A stretch of 55,532 bases of DNA from a virus (lineage: Duplodnaviria > Caudoviricetes): positions 1-55,532 of the IMG/VR virus record IMGVR_UViG_3300015241_000005. One strand, written 5' to 3'. The translations under genes and the position numbers were made by a program. Shown one piece after another: positions 15,827 to 24,757 of this stretch; within the stretch, counting starts at the first letter, position 1, and each line of letters begins with the position of its first letter. The notes under the pieces were generated by a model that was given only the letters and a program-made list of their open reading frames with translations, did no database searches and was not told the origin of the DNA.

Positions 15827-17112
15827 ATGTATTAAGTTTGTTCGATGGAATGTCATGCGGCAGAATTGCTTTAGAGAGAGCAGGAGTTACCGTGACCAAT
15901 TATTTCGCTTCTGAGATTGATAAATACGCTATCCAGGTATCTAAAGCCAACTGGCCGGATATCAAACATGTCGGTTCCGTAACATCTTTGGAGATAATTT
16001 TTGATAACGGTTATACAACTATCCTGAACTACATATCCGGAGAAACTTTTACTTTTGAAGGTAAAATAGATCTGATAGTCGGCGGATCTCCTTGCCAGGG
16101 TTTCAGCTTTGCGGGTAAACAACTGAATTTCAAAGACGCTCGATCAGCGTTATTCTTTGAATATGTCCGATTAAAAGAAGAAAGCCAAGCAACTTATTTC
16201 TTTTTAGAGAATGTCGTAATGAAGCAGGAATATCAGGATGTGATATCCGGTTTTATGGGTGTTCAACCAATTAAGTTAAATGCTGCTTTAGTATCTGCGC
16301 AGAATAGGAAACGATTATATTGGACTAACATACCTTATTTTGGGGCACCAGCTGACCGGGGTATTTTATTGAAGCATATTTTAGTTAAAGATTTTGCTAA
16401 CGATATAGAACTTAAAAGCTTATGTTTATCTGCGGGTTATTCTAATAATCCTTCTCTCCGGGATTACAATAAAAGTCAAAAGCAATTAATAAGATTAGGT
16501 AATAGCCATCCTTCTTCTTCTGGAATGAACGGAGAAGTTTATAGCATCGAAGGAAAAGCCCCTACAGTAACCACAAATAAGGGTGAAGGATCTAAAATCG
16601 GAATGCTTCAGGTAGGTTTAGCTGACGACATAAAAGGTTTTGATGCGAACAGGCGAATCTATTCGCCTGAAGGAAAAGGACCTACGCTAATAAGTTCAAC
16701 AGGGGGCCATAAAGCGCCAAAAGTCGAATTAATTCCCGAAGATTTGTATTTATCAGAAGAAGAAGTCCTTCGGGGCCAGCACCAAGCATCCGCTAAAGTT
16801 TGGCATACGGGCAATAAGATAGGTAAAATGGATTTCCCGAATAACCCTGATAAGAAAGCCAAAACCCTAACTGTTGTACAAACTAAAGGCGGTAGAGAGA
16901 CAAACCATTTCCATAATGGAGTTACTTACCGCAAGCTAACAGTTACCGAGTGCGAACGTTTACAAAATGTAGGTGATGGATACGTACAACGATTAGCACC
17001 CGCAGCAAAACAGATTAGTAACACACAAGCATACAAAATGCTCGGTAACGGCTGGGAGTGCAATACAATAACCTACCTGTTCACGCCTTTATCGATCATA
17101 GACCTCCTATGA
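15823..17112 (+). CDS. DNA (cytosine-5) methyltransferase
   Basis: LSLFDG, GGSPCQ, ENV, QNRKR and LGNGW motifs. Confidence 0.93.
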   Translation: MNVLSLFDGMSCGRIALERAGVTVTNYFASEIDKYAIQVSKANWPDIKHVGSVTSLEIIFDNGYTTILNYISGETFTFEGKIDLIVGGSPCQGFSFAGKQLNFKDARSALFFEYVRLKEESQATYFFLENVVMKQEYQDVISGFMGVQPIKLNAALVSAQNRKRLYWTNIPYFGAPADRGILLKHILVKDFANDIELKSLCLSAGYSNNPSLRDYNKSQKQLIRLGNSHPSSSGMNGEVYSIEGKAPTVTTNKGEGSKIGMLQVGLADDIKGFDANRRIYSPEGKGPTLISSTGGHKAPKVELIPEDLYLSEEEVLRGQHQASAKVWHTGNKIGKMDFPNNPDKKAKTLTVVQTKGGRETNHFHNGVTYRKLTVTECERLQNVGDGYVQRLAPAAKQISNTQAYKMLGNGWECNTITYLFTPLSIIDLL

Positions 17113-18461
17113 CCCGCATCCCCTACAATCCCAAGAAACATCAGGAAATCGCTTTTAACTTTGCTTTAAACAGACATTTCGTGGCATTGTTCCTGGATAT
17201 GGGCCTCGGGAAAACAGTAACAACCCTCACCTTAATCAAGCATCTCCTGTACTCCTTCGAGATCAACAAACCCCTGATCATAGCCCCCAAATTCGTAACC
17301 GAACAGACCTGGCCCGAAGAGCTGGATAAATGGGCGCATCTTGAAGGGCTCACCTACTCTGTGATCATGGGCAATCCTGAAAAGCGCCTGAGAGCTCTCC
17401 GGGCACCTGCAGATATGTATATCATCAGCTGGGATAACATCGATTGGCTGGTAAGCCTTAAAAAGTTCAAACACCTCTGGCCATTTGATATGATGGTTCT
17501 GGATGAAAGTACCAAAGTTAAATCGCGAGATAGCGCCCGGTTCAAAGCCGTTCAACGAGTACGGCCGCGCCTTAAACGACTGATCGAACTTTCCGGTACG
17601 CCAGCGTCAAACGGATTGATGGACATCTGGTCGCAAATGAAACTGCTTGATCATGGCGAAGCATTGTTCGCTTTCATCGAGAAATTCCGGGCTACCTACT
17701 TCAGCGCACGAGGTTTATCTCATGGTGGTAAAGTGTATGATATTTTACCTGGTGTTGATGAAATCATTTTCGATAAGATCAAACATCAGGTGTTATCCAT
17801 GAAAGCAGTGGATTGGTTGACCCTCCCAAAACGGCAGGATATCATCCGCATGGTAGAGCTTGATGATTATACCGAGTTCAAGAAATTCAAAGCTGAAAAG
17901 ATTTTAGAATTACCCGAGGGTGAGATCACTGCATTAAACGCATCCGCATTATATAATAAGTTACTCCAGTACGCGAACGGAGCCGTCTACGACAATGAGT
18001 TACGCCGGGAATGGCACGAAGTACATACCAAAACTTTAGACGTCCTGGAAGAGATGCTGGATGCCCTGCAAGGCAAACCGGTTATTATCTTCTACCAGTT
18101 TCAGGCAGATGTTGACCGGATTAAAAAACGTATCCCTAAAGCTGTTAAAATGGATAACGCCAAGTACGTGGACCGCTGGAACAAGGGAGAATTTCCTGTA
18201 TTGCTTCTGCATGGTGCAGGGGCCAGCCATGGCCTTAACATGCAATATGGAGGTCATTATATCATTCATTATGGTGTAGGCGATAACATGGAGTGGTACT
18301 GGCAGGGGGTGAAGCGCTTAGATCGACAGGGTCAAGAGTTCCCGGTGTTTAATTACCATATCATGGTTAAAGGCACCGGCCAACAGAAAGTATGGCGCGG
18401 GTTGGTGAGCAAGACTTTGACTAATGATAAATTGATGGAGGCTTGTAAAGGGGATTATTAA
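17109..18461 (+). CDS. SNF2-family helicase/ATPase
   Basis: LDMGLGKT, LDES, SGTP, HGLNMQ and RLDRQGQ. Start moved to ATG 17109 (ATGA overlap). Confidence 0.92.
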   Translation: MTRIPYNPKKHQEIAFNFALNRHFVALFLDMGLGKTVTTLTLIKHLLYSFEINKPLIIAPKFVTEQTWPEELDKWAHLEGLTYSVIMGNPEKRLRALRAPADMYIISWDNIDWLVSLKKFKHLWPFDMMVLDESTKVKSRDSARFKAVQRVRPRLKRLIELSGTPASNGLMDIWSQMKLLDHGEALFAFIEKFRATYFSARGLSHGGKVYDILPGVDEIIFDKIKHQVLSMKAVDWLTLPKRQDIIRMVELDDYTEFKKFKAEKILELPEGEITALNASALYNKLLQYANGAVYDNELRREWHEVHTKTLDVLEEMLDALQGKPVIIFYQFQADVDRIKKRIPKAVKMDNAKYVDRWNKGEFPVLLLHGAGASHGLNMQYGGHYIIHYGVGDNMEWYWQGVKRLDRQGQEFPVFNYHIMVKGTGQQKVWRGLVSKTLTNDKLMEACKGDY

Positions 18462-19723
18462 AGTAAGTCTTTGATATAATTTCTATTCCAATGCAGCAAC
18501 CGATCTGTAGCCTCTTGGTGCGAAATATGGTCATTATCAATCCCGATATACCGCATGCCATTATTAAGAGCAGCTTCGCAAGTTGGACCCGAACCCGAGT
18601 GTGGATCTAACACAAGACCACCAGGTGGCGTATACATCTTTACCAAATAATTCATCAATTTTATAGGCTTTATCGTAGGGTGCGTCATTCCGGCTCTTTC
18701 TGCGGTACTGGTTTTAGCGCAAAAGAAAAACCTGCTTGCACCTCCTGTATCGCCATATCCCGTTACTGGAATACCTCCAGCATATTGACCAAAAATATTG
18801 TTATTATTTCCAGCTTTTACTCCGGCAGGTTTTCCGCTTGTTAAAGTTCCTGATTGTTGATCGAGTTTTAAGGCCATGAAATCATCAAATATTACGTTAG
18901 CCGGCCAGCGGCCTTTATCATCAGCGGGTATATCTTTTATTTCTGTTTGCAAATATCCCTCTTTAAAAGAACCATTTTTAATATTAATTCCTGTCCCAAA
19001 AGTTGCTGATTTTTTATCCTTTTCATCTGTAAAAGCTATCCGGCAGCCATCGATATTAATGCCGCCTGTACCCCATTTTAAAATATTCTCAATTGTAGTA
19101 CCTTCCAAAGGTTTACGAGCGATACAGATGGGTTCCGTAGCTGGTTTTAAAGCATTTCCCCAGCCGTCCCACTTTTTGGCATCATCCGTATTGGCTTGCG
19201 TAATAAAGTTTTCTTCGCGAGTATGAGATCCGTCAACAGATACGCTATTAAATTTACCTCCTTTATGGTTTGGAATAGAACCGTTTGTTCCTATGATTAT
19301 GCGTTTAGCACCTGCAGCTTTATCGATTTCTTTGCCGATATCCAAGTTCTTAGGAAACCCTGAGGCATAGTGCCAACAGATCATATCCCGAATCTCGAAA
19401 CCCGCTATCTCGATCGCCAGCGTACCAAGTTGATAAGTCCGGGTACCAAAAAAGCTTAACAGATAACCACCCGGTTTAAGGACCCGTAAACATTCTTTCC
19501 AGAGAATAGGTTGTGGCACAAATGCGTCCCATTTCTTACCCATGAAACCGGAACCTTTGATTTCCAGATACCCATGATCAAGCCACGCTTGTAATATTTT
19601 AAGCAAATATTGCTTTTTACTTAAACCGTAGGGGCTATCTGTTATAATAGAATCTATGCTATTATCAGGTAAGGTTTTAATGTATTCGAGATTGTCGGAG
19701 AGAACGAGTATGTTTACTTTCAT
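18458..19723 (-). CDS. N6-adenine/N4-cytosine DNA methyltransferase, beta class
   Basis: Motif IV TDSPY near the N-terminus, RVLKPGG, HPTIKP, and motif I DPHSGSG near the C-terminus. Confidence 0.88.
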   Translation of the reverse strand: MKVNILVLSDNLEYIKTLPDNSIDSIITDSPYGLSKKQYLLKILQAWLDHGYLEIKGSGFMGKKWDAFVPQPILWKECLRVLKPGGYLLSFFGTRTYQLGTLAIEIAGFEIRDMICWHYASGFPKNLDIGKEIDKAAGAKRIIIGTNGSIPNHKGGKFNSVSVDGSHTREENFITQANTDDAKKWDGWGNALKPATEPICIARKPLEGTTIENILKWGTGGINIDGCRIAFTDEKDKKSATFGTGINIKNGSFKEGYLQTEIKDIPADDKGRWPANVIFDDFMALKLDQQSGTLTSGKPAGVKAGNNNNIFGQYAGGIPVTGYGDTGGASRFFFCAKTSTAERAGMTHPTIKPIKLMNYLVKMYTPPGGLVLDPHSGSGPTCEAALNNGMRYIGIDNDHISHQEATDRLLHWNRNYIKDLL

Positions 19724-19902
19724 TATTTACAGGTAATAATTAAGCTTAATTTGTTACTTTTATTTATAGATTTTCTTTTAATCATGTTATGCATGCTGCC
19801 ACCAGGTAATCCTAAAAACTTCTCAGCCTCTTCCATAGAATCATGAGTAGCGATTAGTTTTTCAATCACTATTACTTCGTATATTTTAACTTGCTTACTC
19901 AT
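19723..19902 (-). CDS. Small NUMOD1-like HTH protein (59 aa)
   Basis: Manual translation ...HDSMEEAEKFLGLPGGSMHNMIK... It overlaps both neighbours (ATGA and TAATG). Confidence 0.55.
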   Translation of the reverse strand: MSKQVKIYEVIVIEKLIATHDSMEEAEKFLGLPGGSMHNMIKRKSINKSNKLSLIITCK

Positions 19903-20447
19903 AAAATATAAAATCTTTCTATAAATTTATCCTTATCACAAACATCAACACCGGTTACATCCCGGAACATCCAACCTTTCGGAAAACAGCAAATCGTTTC
20001 GTAGCCAAAATCGTTACCGAACTTAACCCCCGCTTCGTCTACGCCTGTTTGGCCACCACTCCGGATATACTTTACCTGAATGCCACCTAAAGCTATCGCC
20101 AGATATTCAGCTATGTAGTCATCAACATCTTTCTGCGTATAATGGGGTAGATAATTTTCCAAAGTATAAATACCATTACCGGCGATATTCAAATTAAATG
20201 GTACGCCTCTCATCAGTAACTTTATAGATGAGTTCATTGAATCAGCTGATCGTTTAAGGCTTATGGTATCCATCCTGATCTCAACCGGAATGAAAAGCTT
20301 TTCGAGCTCTACGGTTGCTTTCTTGGTCAACCGTTCGCCTGCAGTCGTGAAATCTATAGCAAAGGCGATCGTTAAATCGCTTTCACGTACATTAGCGTAA
20401 GTCCTGGCCGCATATCCTGCGGTTGGGTGTTCGATGAAGTTGATCAT
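19899..20447 (-). CDS. SLOG-superfamily (putative molybdenum carrier-like) protein
   Basis: YAARTYANVRESDLT, LNIAGN, SGGQTGVD and PKGW motifs. Confidence 0.8.
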   Translation of the reverse strand: MINFIEHPTAGYAARTYANVRESDLTIAFAIDFTTAGERLTKKATVELEKLFIPVEIRMDTISLKRSADSMNSSIKLLMRGVPFNLNIAGNGIYTLENYLPHYTQKDVDDYIAEYLAIALGGIQVKYIRSGGQTGVDEAGVKFGNDFGYETICCFPKGWMFRDVTGVDVCDKDKFIERFYIL

Positions 20448-20458
20448 AAAGAATTTTG

Positions 20459-21076
20459 TTATAAGAAATCTACAATACTGCCTTTGAGCAATTTTTCGAC
20501 AGGCCATCCATTTTTATGTCTCGATTTTACTGTTCCATAATTCATATAAAATCTATCCGATGCCTGCTTCATGGTCATTAAACCTAATGGCGTAGGAACC
20601 ATAACGTTATTGCTTTTATTAGACCCTTGTTCTTTTTTAGTAGCCCATCGGCAATTATCTTTATAATAGTTTAAATCACCGTTAATCCGATCTATGGATA
20701 AATCTTCTGCATAGGTATCGCCCATATCGGCATAAAAATTATCAAATAGCCCCCACTCCGCGCATACTGAAATACCTTTACCTCCGTAATATGAATAAAA
20801 CATATGGTTAGGATTGGTACATCTCTGCCACATTCCTGACCAAACTCTGTATATTTTAGTTTGACCCATACCGTGACGGAAACTTAGATTCGGAGCGCAC
20901 CCGCATGATGGCCTTTTACATATTTTTAAAATAGTACCTGTGGTTGTTCGCATCCTACCGCAATCACATAAACAGGTCCAGGTTGCATGATTTCCTTTAG
21001 TTCTGATTGGGCTTTCAGCTATAACAGTGAGCATGCCAAATTTCTTACCTACTAAATCCTCTTTAACTTTATACAT
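20459..21076 (-). CDS. Free-standing HNH-type homing endonuclease
   Basis: CLCDCG...SCGC, YYGGKGISVC, SIDRINGDLNYYKDNCRWAT, C-terminal HTH. Confidence 0.85.
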   Translation of the reverse strand: MYKVKEDLVGKKFGMLTVIAESPIRTKGNHATWTCLCDCGRMRTTTGTILKICKRPSCGCAPNLSFRHGMGQTKIYRVWSGMWQRCTNPNHMFYSYYGGKGISVCAEWGLFDNFYADMGDTYAEDLSIDRINGDLNYYKDNCRWATKKEQGSNKSNNVMVPTPLGLMTMKQASDRFYMNYGTVKSRHKNGWPVEKLLKGSIVDFL

Positions 21077-21077
21077 C

Positions 21078-23516
21078 TTAGCTTTCTTTTTTATAATAAA
21101 TTCCGGTATACCCATCAGCGTCCAAAGGTAAATCTTTCATCCACCGAACTTTTTTACACATTAATTCGTTTATTCGTTGCAACGTAATTGAGCCTTTCCT
21201 AATCTCCGGAACAGCTTCATCATGCACATGCGCTGGTATTCTAATACCGGCTCTGTGGAGATTGATCAGGCCGGAAGCTAAGCAGTCCCTTGCAATTGCT
21301 TGGGTAAAATTTTCACAAATTTTCGCGCCATATGTGCGCTGTTTGCACCACTGTTTAGTTACTTGGTTAAGCCCATAATAGATTACCTCTTTACCAAACT
21401 TGCCATCTTCTAAGCCAGCATTCCAATAACATAAGCGCCGCCCTGAGGGTAGTCTGATCAACATATGGCCTTTTACAAATTCAAAAGCTATACCTCGCTC
21501 AGTATCAACCAAGATATTTCCATCATAATCTCGTATATCGGTAAGCATTATTCGCGCACCGGTCTCAATACATATAACAGCTGCTCTCTGCGCAGCTTTC
21601 CACATCTTAACTATCTTAGGATTAGCTTTTCGCCAATTTATATGTATATCGCCTAATATGTCTTCAGGTATTTCAATCTTTTGGCTAAGCGACATTCTTA
21701 TGATTGCATCAACTCCGCCGCCAAATCCGCAATTATGAACAAGTTTATCCGATACTGTGAATCGGTTATTTGGTCCACAGTTTAAAAGATCAAAAGTATC
21801 TCTCACGCCTATATCATGCCAATCTCCTCCTCTCGAAAAAGGAAGTCCCCCATGTTCTATTTTAATAGGTTTCTCGTTTTCGGCGGTTTGAGTTAATAGC
21901 CAACCTTCCGTATACGCTTCTTTAAAATCTATAGGTTTAGTTAATCCATCTACCCAAACTCGATGATCGGGGGTTGCAGTTAATCCTTCATAGTTTACAA
22001 CATGTTTTCTACCGCGCCATATTAAACCACCATGATTAACCCAATTTTCACCATCCCAAACTTTATGCTCAGGAAGTATATATTCAATTCTGACTAAACC
22101 TTGGTCGGTTAAAACCAATTCCCCAAATGCAATACAGCTCAATTCTCCTATTTTACCGCCATCTCGGTAAACAGATCCCTTTGTCACGGCTGCTATAGGA
22201 ACATTGAACATACGGGCTGCAGTAGCCTCATAAATCTTACCGTCACCGGCGAACACATCTAATCTCCAGGTCTCATTCGCCAACCAGGATATTACCCGTG
22301 CCTCTATCGACTTGAAATCAGATACCGGGAACTCATACCCCTCTTCGGCTATGAACGCCGTACGGATCAGCTGTGAAAGTGTATCGGGTATTGCGCCGAA
22401 TATGATCTCCAGTAACTCGCCGTCAGCATTCAAAACCATTTCCCTGGCTGCATTTAATAGATAATCGCTTAACTTGCTTTTTGGTAGGTTATGGAACTGC
22501 AAACCCCGGCCAGCCCATCTACCGGTACGGTTAGCGCCAAGGAACTGGAACAAACCCCGAATCCGGCCATCCTTACAAACGTAAGCCAGCATCGTTGAAT
22601 ATTTCTTAACCGAGGTCTTGGACATTTGCTGCCTGATCTCTAAAACCCGTTTCGATTTATCGGAAGTTAGTTTCCTCAGAACAGCGGGTATGTTATCCTT
22701 TTTAAGACTTACAATCTCACCTTCAATATCCTCTTCTTCTTCCAACCATTTGATAATTTGCTTAACAGCATTAGGCTTGGTAATGCCGGTCATATCAAAT
22801 AACTCCTTAGTAAGCCGTTCCCGAAAATCGAAATTAAGCTTTAAAGCATTATGTATTAAATTCAAATCAATTTTAATACCGGTGCTGTTGATCACATAAT
22901 CCAGGCACCATAGTTCATGTTCAAAATCTGGCTGAACCAGGAAATCAACTTCTTTAGCCACTGATATTTCAGATCGCACATCCTGATCACAATATCGTTT
23001 GAATTGATCCCATTTAACTCTATCGTGTTCCGGCAGATTACGGGTACGACCACCATTCACAATAGTAGGTGCGCATGGCATGCAGAAATATTTGATCAGT
23101 GCATAACCGTTTCCGTCCTTCTGTTCATTTATTTTTAATATCCGGCCAACAGCTTCCAAAGCAAAGGGGAGTCCGCAGGAGCCGGCTTGAATCATGGTGC
23201 ATTTCCAGCATCTCGGATCGATATCGATCTCGAAAAATATTTTAGAAGCATTCATCTCAAAAGGAGCATTCTGAGCCCGTTTTAAGCAAGTAGGATCTTC
23301 AAGAGCTTGTAATAGTTCTGCAGGTATTCGTTGTCTGGGCGGTAAATGCCGCTTTTGCATAAGATCAACAGATTTTACCGGGCCTCCATCGAATGAATAA
23401 GATACCAACATGATCTCAAATTGGGGGTCCTCCATATAGCGATACATACCGTGTTTTAGAAGATCAGTTGCCGAGTATGTCTCAAAATCGAGGTTTATTG
23501 TGCGAGTGAAAGTCAT
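21078..23516 (-). CDS. polA: Family A DNA polymerase containing a mini-intein
   Basis: ExoI DFET, RTGRWAG, motif A DFKSIEARV, motif B R..GKIGEL, motif C HVHDE. Confidence 0.95.
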   Translation of the reverse strand: MTFTRTINLDFETYSATDLLKHGMYRYMEDPQFEIMLVSYSFDGGPVKSVDLMQKRHLPPRQRIPAELLQALEDPTCLKRAQNAPFEMNASKIFFEIDIDPRCWKCTMIQAGSCGLPFALEAVGRILKINEQKDGNGYALIKYFCMPCAPTIVNGGRTRNLPEHDRVKWDQFKRYCDQDVRSEISVAKEVDFLVQPDFEHELWCLDYVINSTGIKIDLNLIHNALKLNFDFRERLTKELFDMTGITKPNAVKQIIKWLEEEEDIEGEIVSLKKDNIPAVLRKLTSDKSKRVLEIRQQMSKTSVKKYSTMLAYVCKDGRIRGLFQFLGANRTGRWAGRGLQFHNLPKSKLSDYLLNAAREMVLNADGELLEIIFGAIPDTLSQLIRTAFIAEEGYEFPVSDFKSIEARVISWLANETWRLDVFAGDGKIYEATAARMFNVPIAAVTKGSVYRDGGKIGELSCIAFGELVLTDQGLVRIEYILPEHKVWDGENWVNHGGLIWRGRKHVVNYEGLTATPDHRVWVDGLTKPIDFKEAYTEGWLLTQTAENEKPIKIEHGGLPFSRGGDWHDIGVRDTFDLLNCGPNNRFTVSDKLVHNCGFGGGVDAIIRMSLSQKIEIPEDILGDIHINWRKANPKIVKMWKAAQRAAVICIETGARIMLTDIRDYDGNILVDTERGIAFEFVKGHMLIRLPSGRRLCYWNAGLEDGKFGKEVIYYGLNQVTKQWCKQRTYGAKICENFTQAIARDCLASGLINLHRAGIRIPAHVHDEAVPEIRKGSITLQRINELMCKKVRWMKDLPLDADGYTGIYYKKES
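21732..22136 (-). mobile_element. Mini-intein (135 aa) in PolA motif B
   Basis: Begins with Cys (CIAFGELVLT), has block B TPDH, and ends VHN followed by Cys+1. Too short to hold a homing endonuclease. Confidence 0.93.
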
Positions 23517-23827
23517 AGATTTTCTTCTAACTCCCGTAATTTATTAATAGCGATATCCAAAGAATTTTCATATTCATCGATTTGCTGTTTGCAATCTGAT
23601 ATAATAGAGTTTTGCTCATCTATCGCATCTTCTAATTCTGAAATCTCATTTTTAAGATTGTATATTTCATCTTCTAAATCCAATTCCTTTTGCTCGTCGT
23701 CAAAACACGAGGCGCAGATAACGATATTAGGAAACCATTTTTTAGATCCATATCCATCATTTAAATCAAACCATTCGCCGCATTTTTGGCAAGGAACCGG
23801 CATTTCCATTTCTTCAAAATTTTCCAT
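23513..23827 (-). CDS. Zinc-finger plus acidic coiled-coil protein
   Basis: CQKC...CASC followed by heptad repeats. Confidence 0.7.
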   Translation of the reverse strand: MENFEEMEMPVPCQKCGEWFDLNDGYGSKKWFPNIVICASCFDDEQKELDLEDEIYNLKNEISELEDAIDEQNSIISDCKQQIDEYENSLDIAINKLRELEENL

Positions 23828-23829
23828 AA

Positions 23830-24033
23830 TTAATTCTGATCAAAGTTTTCATTAATATGAGCCGCACGCAAAGCTGAACAAGCTGTATCGCGAAAATTAG
23901 ATAATTCGCCTATAATGTTTTGAGTATCCTCGCTCATAATATGTAAATCGCTACCGTAGATTAAATCTTTAATCTTTTCATAGCTATCAGATAATTGCTC
24001 AATATAATTTATGAATTGTTCGTCGCTTATCAT
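23830..24033 (-). CDS. Hypothetical protein
   Basis: Start moved to ATG 24033 after an A-rich leader. Confidence 0.6.
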   Translation of the reverse strand: MISDEQFINYIEQLSDSYEKIKDLIYGSDLHIMSEDTQNIIGELSNFRDTACSALRAAHINENFDQN

Positions 24034-24143
24034 ATGTTTTTGAATTTTGTTTGTTAAAATAAAAGCCGGGTCACTCTCGCAGCTCACCGGCTTTAACCTA
24101 AACCTTTATCACAATGGGATACGTCGTTCATCCATATCCCATA

Positions 24144-24220
24144 CAAACATAAAAACATTTTTCGGTTATTAAAAATTATTACGAATTATTTTTTATTATC
24201 AAATCTTCTTTTTATGTTTG
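24144..24220. promoter_or_regulatory. Divergent promoter pair
   Basis: TATGTTTG on minus (24144-24151) and on plus (24213-24220) at the strand switch. Confidence 0.7.
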
Positions 24221-24225
24221 TCACC

Positions 24226-24405
24226 ATGGAAGAAGAATTACAAACTTGGTTTGAGCGTTTAGACGCTTTAAAGAAAGGCGATAAAAAAGAAGTTGATAAC
24301 GCTGCCAGTGTTTACTCAGCTATCCGTAAGTTTGACCCAAAGAAAAAGAAGTTTACTATTCGTAGTAACAAAAACAAAGTTAAATTTGTTGTTCGTATCA
24401 AATAA
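24226..24405 (+). CDS. Small basic, putative DNA-binding protein
   Basis: Lys-rich, 59 aa from ATG 24226. Confidence 0.6.
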   Translation: MEEELQTWFERLDALKKGDKKEVDNAASVYSAIRKFDPKKKKFTIRSNKNKVKFVVRIK

Positions 24406-24430
24406 TTATTCACACATAAAAACCAAAAAC

Positions 24431-24757
24431 ATGTTAAAATTGACCATTGAAGGCGAAAACCTTTCCGAATTGAAAAACAATGTAAACTCTCTTGCTGAAG
24501 AACTGAACTCAGGCGGAACACCTGCCGGAGTTGCCAGCAACAAAAAAGATCCAAAACCTGAAAAGGAGAAAATCAAAAAGATCGAACTGAAAGACATTCA
24601 GGACGCCCTCGTTAAATTCCAGGATGCTGCTGCTGATAAAAAGGTAGGCCGCGAAACTGTAAAAGAGCTTATGGGCCGTTTCAGTGTGAAATCTTCTGCT
24701 GAACTCCCTGAAGCTGAATATGCCGACTTCTTAGCAGAAATAGCCGGACTTAGCTAA
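24431..24757 (+). CDS. Conserved small protein preceding DUF2800
   Basis: MLKLTIEG...VKELMGRFSVKSSAELPEAEYADF. Typical first gene of this replication cassette. Confidence 0.75.
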   Translation: MLKLTIEGENLSELKNNVNSLAEELNSGGTPAGVASNKKDPKPEKEKIKKIELKDIQDALVKFQDAAADKKVGRETVKELMGRFSVKSSAELPEAEYADFLAEIAGLS

